Assembly (NCBI GenBank): GCA_964483475.1
Contig: CAZAAH010000001.1
Coordinates: 1-58,268, forward strand
Direction of reading: 5' to 3'
From: an uncultured Candidatus Saccharibacteria bacterium
GTDB lineage: Bacteria > Patescibacteriota > Minisyncoccia > Minisyncoccales > Staskawiczbacteraceae
DNA: 58,268 nucleotides
Positions 1 through 8,651 of this stretch are shown here, in pieces. The notes below the pieces were generated by a model. It was not told where the DNA came from and did not search any database. It saw only the letters and a program-made list of their open reading frames with translations. A program made the position numbers and the translations under genes. How positions within the stretch are numbered: the stretch's first letter is position 1; every line of letters starts with the position of its first letter.

Positions 1-107
1 TTTTAAAACCTTTTTTGCAACCCCCAAAAAAAACTTTTTATCCACAGAAAAATTGGTAAGATTATTTATCTCGATCATTCGTATAGTTATACCATATTTT
101 TAAAGAA

Positions 108-138
108 ACAAAAAACCGCGCAAAACACGGTTTTTTGT
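108..138 (-). terminator. Hairpin terminator downstream of the 146-832 gene (usable in both directions)
   Basis: Stem AACCG (114-118) pairs with CGGTT (128-132). It has an A-run on one side and a T-run on the other. Confidence 0.55.
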
Positions 139-145
139 TTAATGT

Positions 146-832
146 TTATACCGTTGCTTTTATTCTTTTTAGATCTTCGTAAATTAAATATAGATAAATA
201 ATCCAGAAAGGGACCACAAAAAATGCACCAACGAGCGGCCCCACTATCGGTATCCAGCCCTCAACCAAAGAAACAATAGAAATCAGAAGTCCTACAGTAA
301 TAATTCTTAAAAAAACGCTCCACCAATAATTTTTTACTAACTTTCTGCTCCTTTTCAGTGCTTCCTCGCCGCTTACATTTTCTACAGCAAAAACATATGG
401 AGAAAAAACAAACCAAATATAAAATATAATTCCTGGAATGATCAATAATATAAAACCAGCCAATGAAATAATGCCCATTAAAAAGTAAACCCAGAGGTAA
501 GAATTTAATTTAGACCAGCCCAGGGCAAGGTACTGTTTTGCATTAAGATTTGAATCTGTTTCTTTTATCAAAAGTATAATTGACAACTGCGACCACAGGG
601 CGACAATTGTTCCCACGAGGAACACTATTAAAAATAAAATTCCCAAAGCAATGAATAACGGTATATTGGAATGCATTTTTTCACCAGGGTTACCATAATA
701 AAAAGAACTTAAAACAGAGACCACCAAAAACGGTAAATTTATAGATAAAATACTGACTAGCAACCAAAACTTTTTTTTATATATTTGAAAGCTTTTTTTA
801 AGCAAATTTCCAATCGGCGATAGGTTATTCAT
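146..832 (-). CDS. Hypothetical polytopic membrane protein (228 aa)
   Basis: ATG start. The translation is mostly long hydrophobic helices. I can name no motif. Confidence 0.6.
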   Translation of the reverse strand: MNNLSPIGNLLKKSFQIYKKKFWLLVSILSINLPFLVVSVLSSFYYGNPGEKMHSNIPLFIALGILFLIVFLVGTIVALWSQLSIILLIKETDSNLNAKQYLALGWSKLNSYLWVYFLMGIISLAGFILLIIPGIIFYIWFVFSPYVFAVENVSGEEALKRSRKLVKNYWWSVFLRIITVGLLISIVSLVEGWIPIVGPLVGAFFVVPFWIIYLYLIYEDLKRIKATV

Positions 833-833
833 T

Positions 834-1331
834 TTACTTAGATAAAATTTGTTTAATAATTTTGCTTACCTCGCTGTTATCGGCTTTGCCTTTTATTTTT
901 GGCGCCAAATCCTGCATAACTTTTCCCATATCTTTTATTTCTTTAGCACCAACCTTATTTACCGACTCCTCAATCAGCTTTTTAAGTTCACCTTCTGAAA
1001 GCTGTTCTGGCAAATACTTTTTTAAAATTTCAATTTCTTTTTTCTCTTTTTCGGCCAATTCGAGACGAGAACCTTTTTCATACAAAGCTATGGCATCTTT
1101 CCTCTTTTTAATTTCAGAAGACAGGGTATCAATAACTTCCTCATCGTTTAATTCAGACTCTTTTACTAATTCCTCCTCTTTTAAACCCGATTTCTCTTTT
1201 GATACTGCATACCTTTTTTCTTTTTCTTTTGAATTTATTGCAGCCAAAACTAAGCGTAAAACACCGGTAACCTCAGAGTTGCCTTCTTTCATTGCGTCAA
1301 CAGCATCTTTTTGAATCTGCTTTTTTAGCAC
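834..1331 (-). CDS. GatB/YqeY domain-containing protein
   Basis: The 165-aa K/E-rich helical protein has the YqeY-like N-terminus (QKDAVDAMKEG...VLRLVLAAINSKEKE). The start codon is GTG. Confidence 0.75.
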   Translation of the reverse strand: MLKKQIQKDAVDAMKEGNSEVTGVLRLVLAAINSKEKEKRYAVSKEKSGLKEEELVKESELNDEEVIDTLSSEIKKRKDAIALYEKGSRLELAEKEKKEIEILKKYLPEQLSEGELKKLIEESVNKVGAKEIKDMGKVMQDLAPKIKGKADNSEVSKIIKQILSK

Positions 1332-1337
1332 AAAAAT

Positions 1338-1365
1338 TGAAACCTGAAACCTGAAACTTGGAACC
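1338..1365. repeat. Period-8 quasi-repeat (TGAAACC-type, about 3.5 units) in the leader of the YqeY-like gene
   Basis: The direct reading is tgaaacctgaaacctgaaacttggaacc. Confidence 0.6.
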
Positions 1366-1396
1366 TTTATATCCTTGTGTTTTAGGTTTTAAGAAA

Positions 1397-1615
1397 TTAC
1401 TTGGGTTTTTCTAATTTTGCTTGCCTTTTTTTCTCAGTTATCGATTTAATCCTTTTCAAAGCCGATCTTTTCTTAGCCAAAGATGACTTTGATCTCTTGT
1501 GAAACTGCTTTTCCCTTAACTCAAGCAAAATTCCAGATTGGCGAACCGTTTTGGTAAAACGATGGACCAAATTCTGAGGACTTTCTTTATCTTTTCTTTT
1601 TACTTCTAAAGCCAT
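1397..1615 (-). CDS. rpsU: 30S ribosomal protein S21
   Basis: The 72-aa highly basic protein contains EVKRKDKES...LVHRFTKTVRQSGIL..REKQFH, typical of S21. Confidence 0.85.
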   Translation of the reverse strand: MALEVKRKDKESPQNLVHRFTKTVRQSGILLELREKQFHKRSKSSLAKKRSALKRIKSITEKKRQAKLEKPK

Positions 1616-1638
1616 AAACGTGAATTTTAAATTTTAAA

Positions 1639-2919
1639 TTACTTAACCTTTGCTTTCATTTCTCTTACGACCTTGTCGAGCTTTATTTCTTTTTGAATGC
1701 CCGTATTCATATCCCTTAACGTTATGAAATCTTCCAGCGCTTCCTTTTGGCCAAAAATCAAAACCCATCGTATATTCATTTTATCAGCTGTTTTCAGCTG
1801 GGTTTTCAAAGAATCTTTTGAAAAAGATTCGGCAACTGGAATTTTAGCCTCCCTGAATTCTTCAAAAAGTTTTAAGCTTTTTCTTTTTGCCAGCTGTCCC
1901 AATTGAGCCAAAAATATCTTTGGCTCTTGAACTTCTTTGCTACCTTTTACCTCTCTTGATTTCATTAAATTAATGATTCTATCAATTCCTCCGGCTGCTC
2001 CGCAAGCAGGAGTATCCCTGCCACCCAAGAGTTTTACCAGGCCATCATATCTTCCTCCGCCCACCAAACTGCCTTGCGATTTGCCATCATCGCCCTTATC
2101 TACAATTTCAAATACGGTTTTGGTATAGTAATCCAATCCTCTGACCAAGTAAGGATTCAAAGTGTAGGGAAGTTGCAATTCGTCTAAAAATTCCAAAACT
2201 TGTTTGAAGTGCAAGTGGCAGTTTTCGCAAAGGTGATCAATGATTTGAGGAGCTCCGGCTTTTACCGGCTGGCACTTTTCCTCTTTGCAATCTAAAATTC
2301 TCAAAGGATTTTCCCTTAATCTCCTTTGACAATCAGAGCATAAAGAATTTTTTCTTGACTTAAAATAATTTGTCAGAATTTTTTTAAAATAGGGCCGGCA
2401 TTCTTGATCTCCAATTGAATTAACTTCAATGGTTATATTTTTAAACGACAAATCCTTTAAAATATCATAACTCATTTGAATGACCTGCCCGTCTATTGAA
2501 GGGCTCCTATCTCCCAACACTTCAATGTCAAACTGCCACAACTGCCGGTATCTGCCAGCTTGAGGTTTTTCGTGGCGAAAGCAGGGCCCCAAGGTCCACA
2601 ACTTTACCGGCTGAGTAAGATTGTGCATTCCATTTTCAATGTAGGCTCTGGCTATTGAAGGAGTAAATTCGGGCCTCAAAGCAACCAAATCTCCTCCTTT
2701 TGTTCGAAAGGTATACATTTCTTTTTCAACAATATCGGTGCCAGAACCAGTTCCCTTCACAAATAATTCGGCAAATTCCAAAACCGGCGTGTCTATCCTG
2801 TCAAACCTATAGTAGTTGGCGATACTTTCAACCGATTTTCGAACCCTCTTAAAGTAAGACTGGTCCTTTGGCAAAATATCGTGCATCCCTGATAAGCTTT
2901 GTATTTTCACCTTGCTCAT
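1639..2919 (-). CDS. hisS: Histidine--tRNA ligase
   Basis: The 426-aa protein shows class II aaRS HisRS motifs (GMHDILP, EKEMYTF, LRPEFT, GGGRYDGL). Confidence 0.95.
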   Translation of the reverse strand: MSKVKIQSLSGMHDILPKDQSYFKRVRKSVESIANYYRFDRIDTPVLEFAELFVKGTGSGTDIVEKEMYTFRTKGGDLVALRPEFTPSIARAYIENGMHNLTQPVKLWTLGPCFRHEKPQAGRYRQLWQFDIEVLGDRSPSIDGQVIQMSYDILKDLSFKNITIEVNSIGDQECRPYFKKILTNYFKSRKNSLCSDCQRRLRENPLRILDCKEEKCQPVKAGAPQIIDHLCENCHLHFKQVLEFLDELQLPYTLNPYLVRGLDYYTKTVFEIVDKGDDGKSQGSLVGGGRYDGLVKLLGGRDTPACGAAGGIDRIINLMKSREVKGSKEVQEPKIFLAQLGQLAKRKSLKLFEEFREAKIPVAESFSKDSLKTQLKTADKMNIRWVLIFGQKEALEDFITLRDMNTGIQKEIKLDKVVREMKAKVK

Positions 2920-2931
2920 TAGTTTATGAAA

Positions 2932-3510
2932 TTAATAATTTGGCTCGGCAATGTAAGACATTGATGAAATTGGCAAAACTCTGAAAACCGCTCTGCCAAT
3001 GATATCGTTTGCAGGCAAAACGCCCCAGCGCCTTGAGTCATAAGAGAACTGCCGGTTGTCCCCTAAAACAAAATATTGGTCGTTTTTTAAATTTATTTTT
3101 ATGTCTCCTTCGGTAGCCAAGCTGTCAGGAAGATAATTTTCTTTCAAATAAAAATCTTTTCCGTCTTTTGAAATTTTAATTTTTCCCTGTTCAATATCAA
3201 TATCTTCGCCCGGAAGCCCGATAATTCTTTTTATAAAACGTTGGCTGGGGTCTAGGGGAAATTTTAAAACAATAACATCTCCTCTGCCTGGCTTTGAAAA
3301 CCGGTAAGAAATTTCGTCAACAATTAAGTAGTCTCCAGAATGAAAATTAGGCACCATGGAGTCGCCCTTTACTATAAAAGGCTGGAACAAAAAATAGCGG
3401 ATGGGCAAAACAATAATTGCCGCAATAATAACTATTTTTAAAAATTCCCACAGCGCAAAGAAATATTTTTTAAAGCTGTTTTTACCTTCAACGTTTTGAC
3501 TTTCTTCCAT
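2932..3510 (-). CDS. lepB: Signal peptidase I
   Basis: It has an N-terminal TM helix followed by GDSMVPN, RGDVIV and VLGDNR..S.DSR motifs. Confidence 0.9.
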   Translation of the reverse strand: MEESQNVEGKNSFKKYFFALWEFLKIVIIAAIIVLPIRYFLFQPFIVKGDSMVPNFHSGDYLIVDEISYRFSKPGRGDVIVLKFPLDPSQRFIKRIIGLPGEDIDIEQGKIKISKDGKDFYLKENYLPDSLATEGDIKINLKNDQYFVLGDNRQFSYDSRRWGVLPANDIIGRAVFRVLPISSMSYIAEPNY

Positions 3511-3570
3511 GAAACTTTAAAGTTATACATTAATGTATCACATTTTTTAGCTTATTGCAACCCCCGTTGA

Positions 3571-3607
3571 GAAGAAAAAGAAGGGCTGTAGTGAGGAACC
3601 ACAGCCC
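3571..3607 (-). terminator. Intrinsic terminator of the 83-aa ORF
   Basis: On the minus strand, stem GGGCTGTGG / CTACAGCCC with a 7-nt loop is followed by TTCTTTTTCTTC. Confidence 0.7.
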
Positions 3608-3666
3608 TTTGATGTGTTTGCAGGCGGAGGTAAACAAAGCAGAAGAAAGATGGGTGAACTCGGAGC

Positions 3667-3918
3667 TCAAACAGCCGCTGCCAATGGAGACGCAGCAAGC
3701 TGCCTCTCGTATGACAGATCAGCACGGCGCCGACGGTTCTTTTCAAAGGCTGTTTCCACGGCCTTTGGCGAAACCTCGACTCCGAATTTTCTTTCGAAGA
3801 CCCCGCAAACGCTGGGAATGTCTTCGTCAGAAAACCTGTTGAACTGTTCCTCGAAGAACAGCCAAGCTCTCTGTTCGGCGGTCAGTCCACTGAAAGACCC
3901 AATCTTCCTTTTCGGCAT
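3667..3918 (-). CDS. Hypothetical 83-aa protein in a GC-rich mini-island
   Basis: The ATG is preceded by AAGGAGAGCTGTC. The ORF has its own terminator and a TTGACA-N16-TAAAAT promoter about 190 nt upstream. I recognise no family. Confidence 0.55.
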   Translation of the reverse strand: MPKRKIGSFSGLTAEQRAWLFFEEQFNRFSDEDIPSVCGVFERKFGVEVSPKAVETAFEKNRRRRADLSYERQLAASPLAAAV

Positions 3919-4105
3919 GACAGCTCTCCTTGCAGATGGTGGTCGGATACAGACGAAAAAAGCCCTCCTTGTTCCTGTATCACAATAGCCTGTTCTCTAC
4001 CGGTCAGGTCTGCCCTCTCCGTCGAGCCCCGCTTTTTTTCTTATAAGTTACCTCCTTCCTTGGTTGGGAATGTGCTAAACAACAACGCTTTTTTACCTTA
4101 CGCTG

Positions 4106-4133
4106 ATTTTACTCTTATTAAATAATATGTCAA
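4106..4133 (-). promoter_or_regulatory. Sigma70-like promoter of the 83-aa ORF (long leader)
   Basis: On the minus strand, TTGACA (4133-4128) is separated by 16 nt from TAAAAT (4111-4106). Confidence 0.5.
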
Positions 4134-4142
4134 CATATAAAA

Positions 4143-4694
4143 ATGTTAATAATCGGATTGGGAAATCCCGGAGAAAAGTTCAAAAATACCAGGCACAACG
4201 CCGGATTCATGGCCGTTGATTTTTTTGCTAAGGAAAATGGCTTCCCCGAATTTGAATTTTCAAAAAAATTCGATTCGCTGATTTCCCAAAAAGACGATAT
4301 TACCTTGTCAAAGCCGCAAATATTTATGAATGAATCGGGCAAGGCCGTAAAAAAATTGGTTACAGGTTTTAAGCTTCAAGCTTTAAGGTTAGTGGTGGTT
4401 CACGACGACATCGATTTGCCGCTGGGAAACCTAAAAATGGTGAAAAACCGGGGATCGGCCGGCCACAAGGGAGTTGAATCAATCATCAGAAGCGTTGGAA
4501 ATAAAGAGTTGGTGAGGTTGAGGATCGGCGTCCAGCCAACAGCGGGAAAACCCAAAAATCCAGAAAACTTTGTAATTAAAAATTTTACTAAAGAAGAAAT
4601 GGAAATAATGGAAAAAGTAATTAAAAAAACTGCCGGCGCCATTAATTACTTAATTGAAAATGGACTGGAAAGAACCATGAATGAATATAATTAG
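4143..4694 (+). CDS. pth: Peptidyl-tRNA hydrolase
   Basis: The N-terminus is LIIGLGNPG..Y..TRHN.GF and the protein is 183 aa. Confidence 0.95.
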   Translation: MLIIGLGNPGEKFKNTRHNAGFMAVDFFAKENGFPEFEFSKKFDSLISQKDDITLSKPQIFMNESGKAVKKLVTGFKLQALRLVVVHDDIDLPLGNLKMVKNRGSAGHKGVESIIRSVGNKELVRLRIGVQPTAGKPKNPENFVIKNFTKEEMEIMEKVIKKTAGAINYLIENGLERTMNEYN

Positions 4695-4732
4695 CGTTGC
4701 AAAAAAAGAGCCAGCGTTAGTATTGCTGACCT

Positions 4733-5038
4733 TTAATCCCTTTCCCTTTGGCTATAGATAACCGATTCTATTCTTCTTTTACAATATTCGCGCAGTTTTT
4801 CGTAAGTATCAATTGTTGTTGGTATAACAATTATTCCCCCGCACGAATAACAATAAATAACTTCTTGGTTGCTAGAAATTTTTGTGATGCACACAAAGCC
4901 AGAGTCGGCTTCGTGAATTCCAGCAGCAACAAAACGAGATTTTGGAAGTCTTCTTTCGTCGGTTAAGTAATCGTGTTCTGGCAAATTTAGCAATAATTTC
5001 TCTCCCAATTCAGTCAAAGTGATCGGTTCAATGGCCAT
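4733..5038 (-). CDS. Hypothetical 101-aa protein
   Basis: The ORF track starts at a TTG (5056). An internal ATG at 5038 is preceded by AGGAGGCCAAACC, so I prefer it. No family recognised. Confidence 0.5.
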   Translation of the reverse strand: MAIEPITLTELGEKLLLNLPEHDYLTDERRLPKSRFVAAGIHEADSGFVCITKISSNQEVIYCYSCGGIIVIPTTIDTYEKLREYCKRRIESVIYSQRERD

Positions 5039-5105
5039 GGTTTGGCCTCCTGTCAAAGGGCTTTTATTCCAATTACAATCGTAACAATTAATTTTACCAA
5101 TTGCA

Positions 5106-5972
5106 ATGGATGAGATAAGGCAAGCATTAATAGAAGATAAAAATTATCCTGAATCTTTAAAGAAAATACCCAATGCTCCTAAGGTTTTGTATTACAGGGG
5201 AAATTTTGAAATTGTTTGTGCCGACAATTGCTTTGCAATTGTCGGCACCCGCCGCCCTTCTCCCTACGGCCAGCAGGCAACTTTGCAAATTGCTGGAGAA
5301 CTAGCGGATGAGGGTTTAACGATTGTTTCTGGAATGGCGCCAGGCATTGATACCTTCGCCCACCAAGCCTGCGTTGAAAGGGGCAAAAAAACGGTCGCGG
5401 TGTTAGGCACGGGCTTAGATAAAGAGAGCATCTATCCCCAGCAAAATTTGCAATTGGCCAAAAAAATTATTGAAAATGGCGGATGCTTAGTTTCAGAATT
5501 GCCGCCCGGAACCCACGGATCAAAGTTTTCTTTTCCCAAAAGGAACCGGATTATATCGGGATTGTCTTTAGGAGTTTTGGTGATTGAGGCCAAAGAAAAA
5601 TCTGGTTCGTTAATTACTGTAAAATACGCAAAGGAACAAAGAAAAAAATTGTTTGCTACTCCGGGGCAAATTTTTTCTTCAAATTCAAAAGGGCCGAATA
5701 AGTTAATAAAAGAGGGTGCTAAATTAGTTGAGGGTGCAAACGATATTTTGGAAGAATTGGGATTTAGCCAGCAAAAAATTCAAAAAGAATTTTTTGCTGA
5801 AAATCAAGAGGAACACCTGATTTTAATGGTTTTAAAAGAAGAATCCCTGTATATTGACCGCATCATTGAAAAAACGAAGCTCAACGCCAGGGTGGTGGCC
5901 ACCAAGCTTGCATTGCTGGAAATTTCAGGTAGAATACGCAACTTGGGAGGAAACGTGTATGCCATTTCATAA
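5106..5972 (+). CDS. dprA: DNA processing protein DprA (Smf)
   Basis: It has a Rossmann-like DprA core (VGTRRPS.YG, SGMA.GID...H, LGTGLD..YP) and a C-terminal winged-helix-like tail. Confidence 0.9.
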   Translation: MDEIRQALIEDKNYPESLKKIPNAPKVLYYRGNFEIVCADNCFAIVGTRRPSPYGQQATLQIAGELADEGLTIVSGMAPGIDTFAHQACVERGKKTVAVLGTGLDKESIYPQQNLQLAKKIIENGGCLVSELPPGTHGSKFSFPKRNRIISGLSLGVLVIEAKEKSGSLITVKYAKEQRKKLFATPGQIFSSNSKGPNKLIKEGAKLVEGANDILEELGFSQQKIQKEFFAENQEEHLILMVLKEESLYIDRIIEKTKLNARVVATKLALLEISGRIRNLGGNVYAIS

Positions 5973-6023
5973 TTCAAAATGCAAAAATCAAAATTCAAAA
6001 TGAAAGTATAAAATTTAAAATGT
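5973..6023. repeat. A-rich quasi-repeat of period about 8-9 nt abutting the topA start
   Basis: The reading is ttcaaaatgcaaaaatcaaaattcaaaatgaaagtataaaatttaaaatgt. Confidence 0.5.
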
Positions 6024-8057
6024 ATGGAATTAATAATAGTTGAAAGCCCGACAAAGGCAAAAACAATTCAAAAGTTTTTAGGGTCTGGTTACAAAATCAA
6101 GTCCTCTTTTGGGCATGTGCGGGATTTGCCAAAGCGGGAGCTTGGGGTGGATGTGGAAAAAAACTTTGAGCCAACCTATGTCATTCCGGTCAAAGCAAAA
6201 AAGGTCATCGCTGAATTGAAAAAAGAGGTCAAGGGTGCTACTGAAGTCATTTTAGCAACTGACCAAGACCGGGAGGGGGAATCGATTTCCTGGCACTTGT
6301 TAGAGGCCCTGAAGTTAAAAAATCCCAAGAGAATTGTGTTCCACGAAATTACCAAAACCGCCATTGAAGATGCCTTAAAAAATCCGGGCAACATTGACAT
6401 GAGCCTGGTGCACGCCCAGCAAGCCCGCAGGATTTTAGACAGGATTGTCGGCTATAAACTCTCTCCTTTTTTATGGAAAAAGGTGGCCAAGGGGTTGTCG
6501 GCCGGCCGTGTCCAGTCGGTGGCGGTAAAATTGGTAGTGGGGCGGGAACGGGAAATTGAAGCCTTCGTCCCGGTTGAATACTGGAGCATTGAGGCCCTTT
6601 TGAAAAAGGACAAAGACCAATTTACGGCTCAACTGATAAAAGAAGGCGGGAAAACCATCGACAAACTGGAAATCAAGAACAAAAAAGAGGCTGACAGCAT
6701 TTTGGAAGCCTTAGAAAACGCTACCTATCGGGTAGAAAAAATTGAAAAAAAGGAAACGAAGAGAAATCCCTTACCGCCCTTTACCACCAGCACCCTCCAG
6801 CAGGCCGCGGCAAACAAATTCCATTTTCCGGCAAAAATGACCATGTCCCTGGCCCAACGGTTGTATGAAGAGGGCCACATCACCTACCACCGGACCGACT
6901 CCCTGAATCTTTCTGAATCGGCGTTGGCCTCGGCAAAAGAGTTCATCATCCAAAAATTTGGGGCAAAGTACACATTTGCCAGGCGCTACAAAGCCAAGGG
7001 GAACGTCCAAGAGGCCCATGAAGCCATCCGCCCCACCCAGTCACACGGACAAGCCTCTTTTACCGACAAACGGCAGGAAAAACTCTACACCTTGATATGG
7101 CAGAGGTTCATCGCTTCGCAAATGAGCCCGGCAACGTTTGACGCAACTTCGGTGGAAATATCGGCAAACGATCCTGCCCTGAGCAAGGCCGAAGGATATA
7201 CCTTTGGGGTCAACGGACAAACATTGCGCTTTGACGGTTTTTTAAAAATTTACCCTATGAATTTCCAAGAAACCCAGCTGCCTCCGCTCACAGAAAAAGA
7301 ACTCTTAGAGCTTATCAAACTAAGCCCGACCCAGCATTTTACCGAGCCCCCGGCAAGGTACAGCGAAGCCACCCTCATCAAGGCCCTGGAGGCCCACGGC
7401 ATCGGCCGGCCATCGACCTACGCTCCAACGCTGTCAACGATACAAGACCGCCACTACATCGAAAAAAATGAGCAGAAAAGATTTTTCCCAACGGAAATGG
7501 GGGCCATCGTCAACGATGTCCTGGTCAAAAATTTTCCAGAAGTGGTTGACATTGATTTCACAGCCAAGATGGAAAAAGAGCTTGATGAAATTGCCGAAGG
7601 CAAAGATACCTGGCAAAAAACCGTCAAAGATTTTTACGGACCTTTTGCCAAAAACCTGAAGGAAAAATACCAAGACGTCCCCAAAGAAAATATGGACATA
7701 AAAACCGACAAAGTCTGTCCAAAATGCGGCAAGCCCATGGTGGAAAAGTTGGGACGCTTCGGGCGGTTTTATGCCTGCACGGGATTCCCGGAATGCAAGC
7801 ATACTGAATCTTTGGAAAGCGAAACCTCAAACATTGCCTGCCCAAAGTGCCATCAGGGGCATATGACTGTAAAAAAAACCAAGCGGGGGAAAATATTTTA
7901 CGGGTGCGACACCTATCCCGAGTGCGATTTTGCTTTATGGGATAAGCCAGTCAATGAATTTTGCCCAAAGTGCAATTCGATATTAGTGGAAACAAAGAGT
8001 AAAAAGGTAAAGTGTTCAAGCAAGGATTGTGATTACAAAAAAACAGGGACACAATAA
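6024..8057 (+). CDS. topA: DNA topoisomerase I
   Basis: It has a TOPRIM N-terminus (IVESP.KAKTI), the active-site region ITYHRTDS, and three C-terminal CxxC...CxxC zinc ribbons. Confidence 0.95.
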   Translation: MELIIVESPTKAKTIQKFLGSGYKIKSSFGHVRDLPKRELGVDVEKNFEPTYVIPVKAKKVIAELKKEVKGATEVILATDQDREGESISWHLLEALKLKNPKRIVFHEITKTAIEDALKNPGNIDMSLVHAQQARRILDRIVGYKLSPFLWKKVAKGLSAGRVQSVAVKLVVGREREIEAFVPVEYWSIEALLKKDKDQFTAQLIKEGGKTIDKLEIKNKKEADSILEALENATYRVEKIEKKETKRNPLPPFTTSTLQQAAANKFHFPAKMTMSLAQRLYEEGHITYHRTDSLNLSESALASAKEFIIQKFGAKYTFARRYKAKGNVQEAHEAIRPTQSHGQASFTDKRQEKLYTLIWQRFIASQMSPATFDATSVEISANDPALSKAEGYTFGVNGQTLRFDGFLKIYPMNFQETQLPPLTEKELLELIKLSPTQHFTEPPARYSEATLIKALEAHGIGRPSTYAPTLSTIQDRHYIEKNEQKRFFPTEMGAIVNDVLVKNFPEVVDIDFTAKMEKELDEIAEGKDTWQKTVKDFYGPFAKNLKEKYQDVPKENMDIKTDKVCPKCGKPMVEKLGRFGRFYACTGFPECKHTESLESETSNIACPKCHQGHMTVKKTKRGKIFYGCDTYPECDFALWDKPVNEFCPKCNSILVETKSKKVKCSSKDCDYKKTGTQ

Positions 8058-8071
8058 TTGCGCCCCCACAC

Positions 8072-8383
8072 CTAGTCATGAATCAGTTGCACCTCAACCA
8101 ACGAGTATTTTGCTGAATTTTGTCCAATAGCTCCTGGAAAGGGCAGCCACGTTCGCCCGATTTTTAACCAACGGCGCCATTGAAGATCACCCTCTCCTTC
8201 AAGATCTTCCTGTTTGAGAAAAATACGGGGTTTCCAATCTGGCCATTCGGCAAACGCAGCTATTCTTGTTTTTTCATTGAAAGAGACCAGATAAAAACTC
8301 ACCGCAGGAAATTTACGAGCAAAGATAGTCTCGGTCAGTTGGTAGCACTTACCGATATCAGATTTTGACAAGGTACAAGGCAT
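8072..8383 (-). CDS. Hypothetical 103-aa protein
   Basis: The ATG follows CGGAGATTACT. It has its own TTGACA-N17-TATACT promoter. No family recognised. Confidence 0.5.
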   Translation of the reverse strand: MPCTLSKSDIGKCYQLTETIFARKFPAVSFYLVSFNEKTRIAAFAEWPDWKPRIFLKQEDLEGEGDLQWRRWLKIGRTWLPFPGAIGQNSAKYSLVEVQLIHD

Positions 8384-8427
8384 AGTAATCTCCGAAAACA
8401 GTTTAAGGGGTTGTGGACGTATATAAA

Positions 8428-8456
8428 AGTATATAAAAAGTTAGCCTTCCTGTCAA
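8428..8456 (-). promoter_or_regulatory. Sigma70-like promoter of the 103-aa ORF
   Basis: On the minus strand, TTGACA (8456-8451) is separated by 17 nt from TATACT (8433-8428). Confidence 0.5.
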
Positions 8457-8541
8457 TTAGACCTAACCTCACCTCCATACGAAACTCTCTACTAGAACGA
8501 AATCTTGAAAAATACCAAAAATGTGATAGCATAATCACATT

Positions 8542-8628
8542 GCCCGGGTGGCGGAATTAGCAGACGCACAGGACTCAAAATCCTGCGATCGCAAGATCAT
8601 GTGGGTGCAACTCCCACCTCGGGCACCA
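8542..8628 (+). tRNA. tRNA-Leu(CAA), CCA encoded
   Basis: The acceptor is GCCCGGG/CTCGGGC. The anticodon stem is CAGGA/TCCTG with loop CTCAAAA. The long variable arm is GATC-GCAA-GATC and the T stem is GTGGG/CCCAC. The T-loop TGCAACT is atypical. Confidence 0.85.
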
Positions 8629-8651
8629 AAGAAATTTTAACCATTAGGCTT

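Noticed and set aside
38-46. A perfect DnaA box TTATCCACA, and a second perfect box in reverse at 40012-40020, as a possible replication origin.
   Set aside because: These are single isolated boxes 40 kb apart. There is no cluster, no AT-rich unwinding element pattern and no dnaA or dnaN nearby. That is not enough to call oriC.
3555-3988. Plus-strand ORFs of 95 and 124 aa in the 3.6-kb GC-rich patch.
   Set aside because: They have no RBS and overlap each other. The minus-strand 83-aa ORF has an AAGGAG RBS and a matching terminator. Their Arg/Ala/Ser-rich translations are typical of out-of-frame GC-rich sequence.
4019-4032. The minus-strand GCGGGGCTCGACGG resembles a tmRNA 5' end (GGGG...UUCGAC).
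   Set aside because: There is no D-loop-like spacer, no tag reading frame and no T-arm or CCA-type 3' end. The downstream hairpin has a non-T-loop and a U-tract, so it is a terminator. The region is better explained as the leader of the 83-aa ORF.
8522-8539. The TGTGA...TCACA palindrome as a CRP/FNR-type site.
   Set aside because: The spacing between the TGTGA and TCACA half-sites is 8 nt, not the canonical 6. I keep it only as an unnamed palindrome over the tRNA promoter.
8601-8651. N-terminal extension of the 8601-8960 ORF. The 46100-46144 extension of the 44894-46144 ORF is similar.
   Set aside because: Both extensions run into tRNA genes (tRNA-Leu CAA and tRNA-Gly TCC). Internal ATG starts give a sensible signal peptide or N-terminus.
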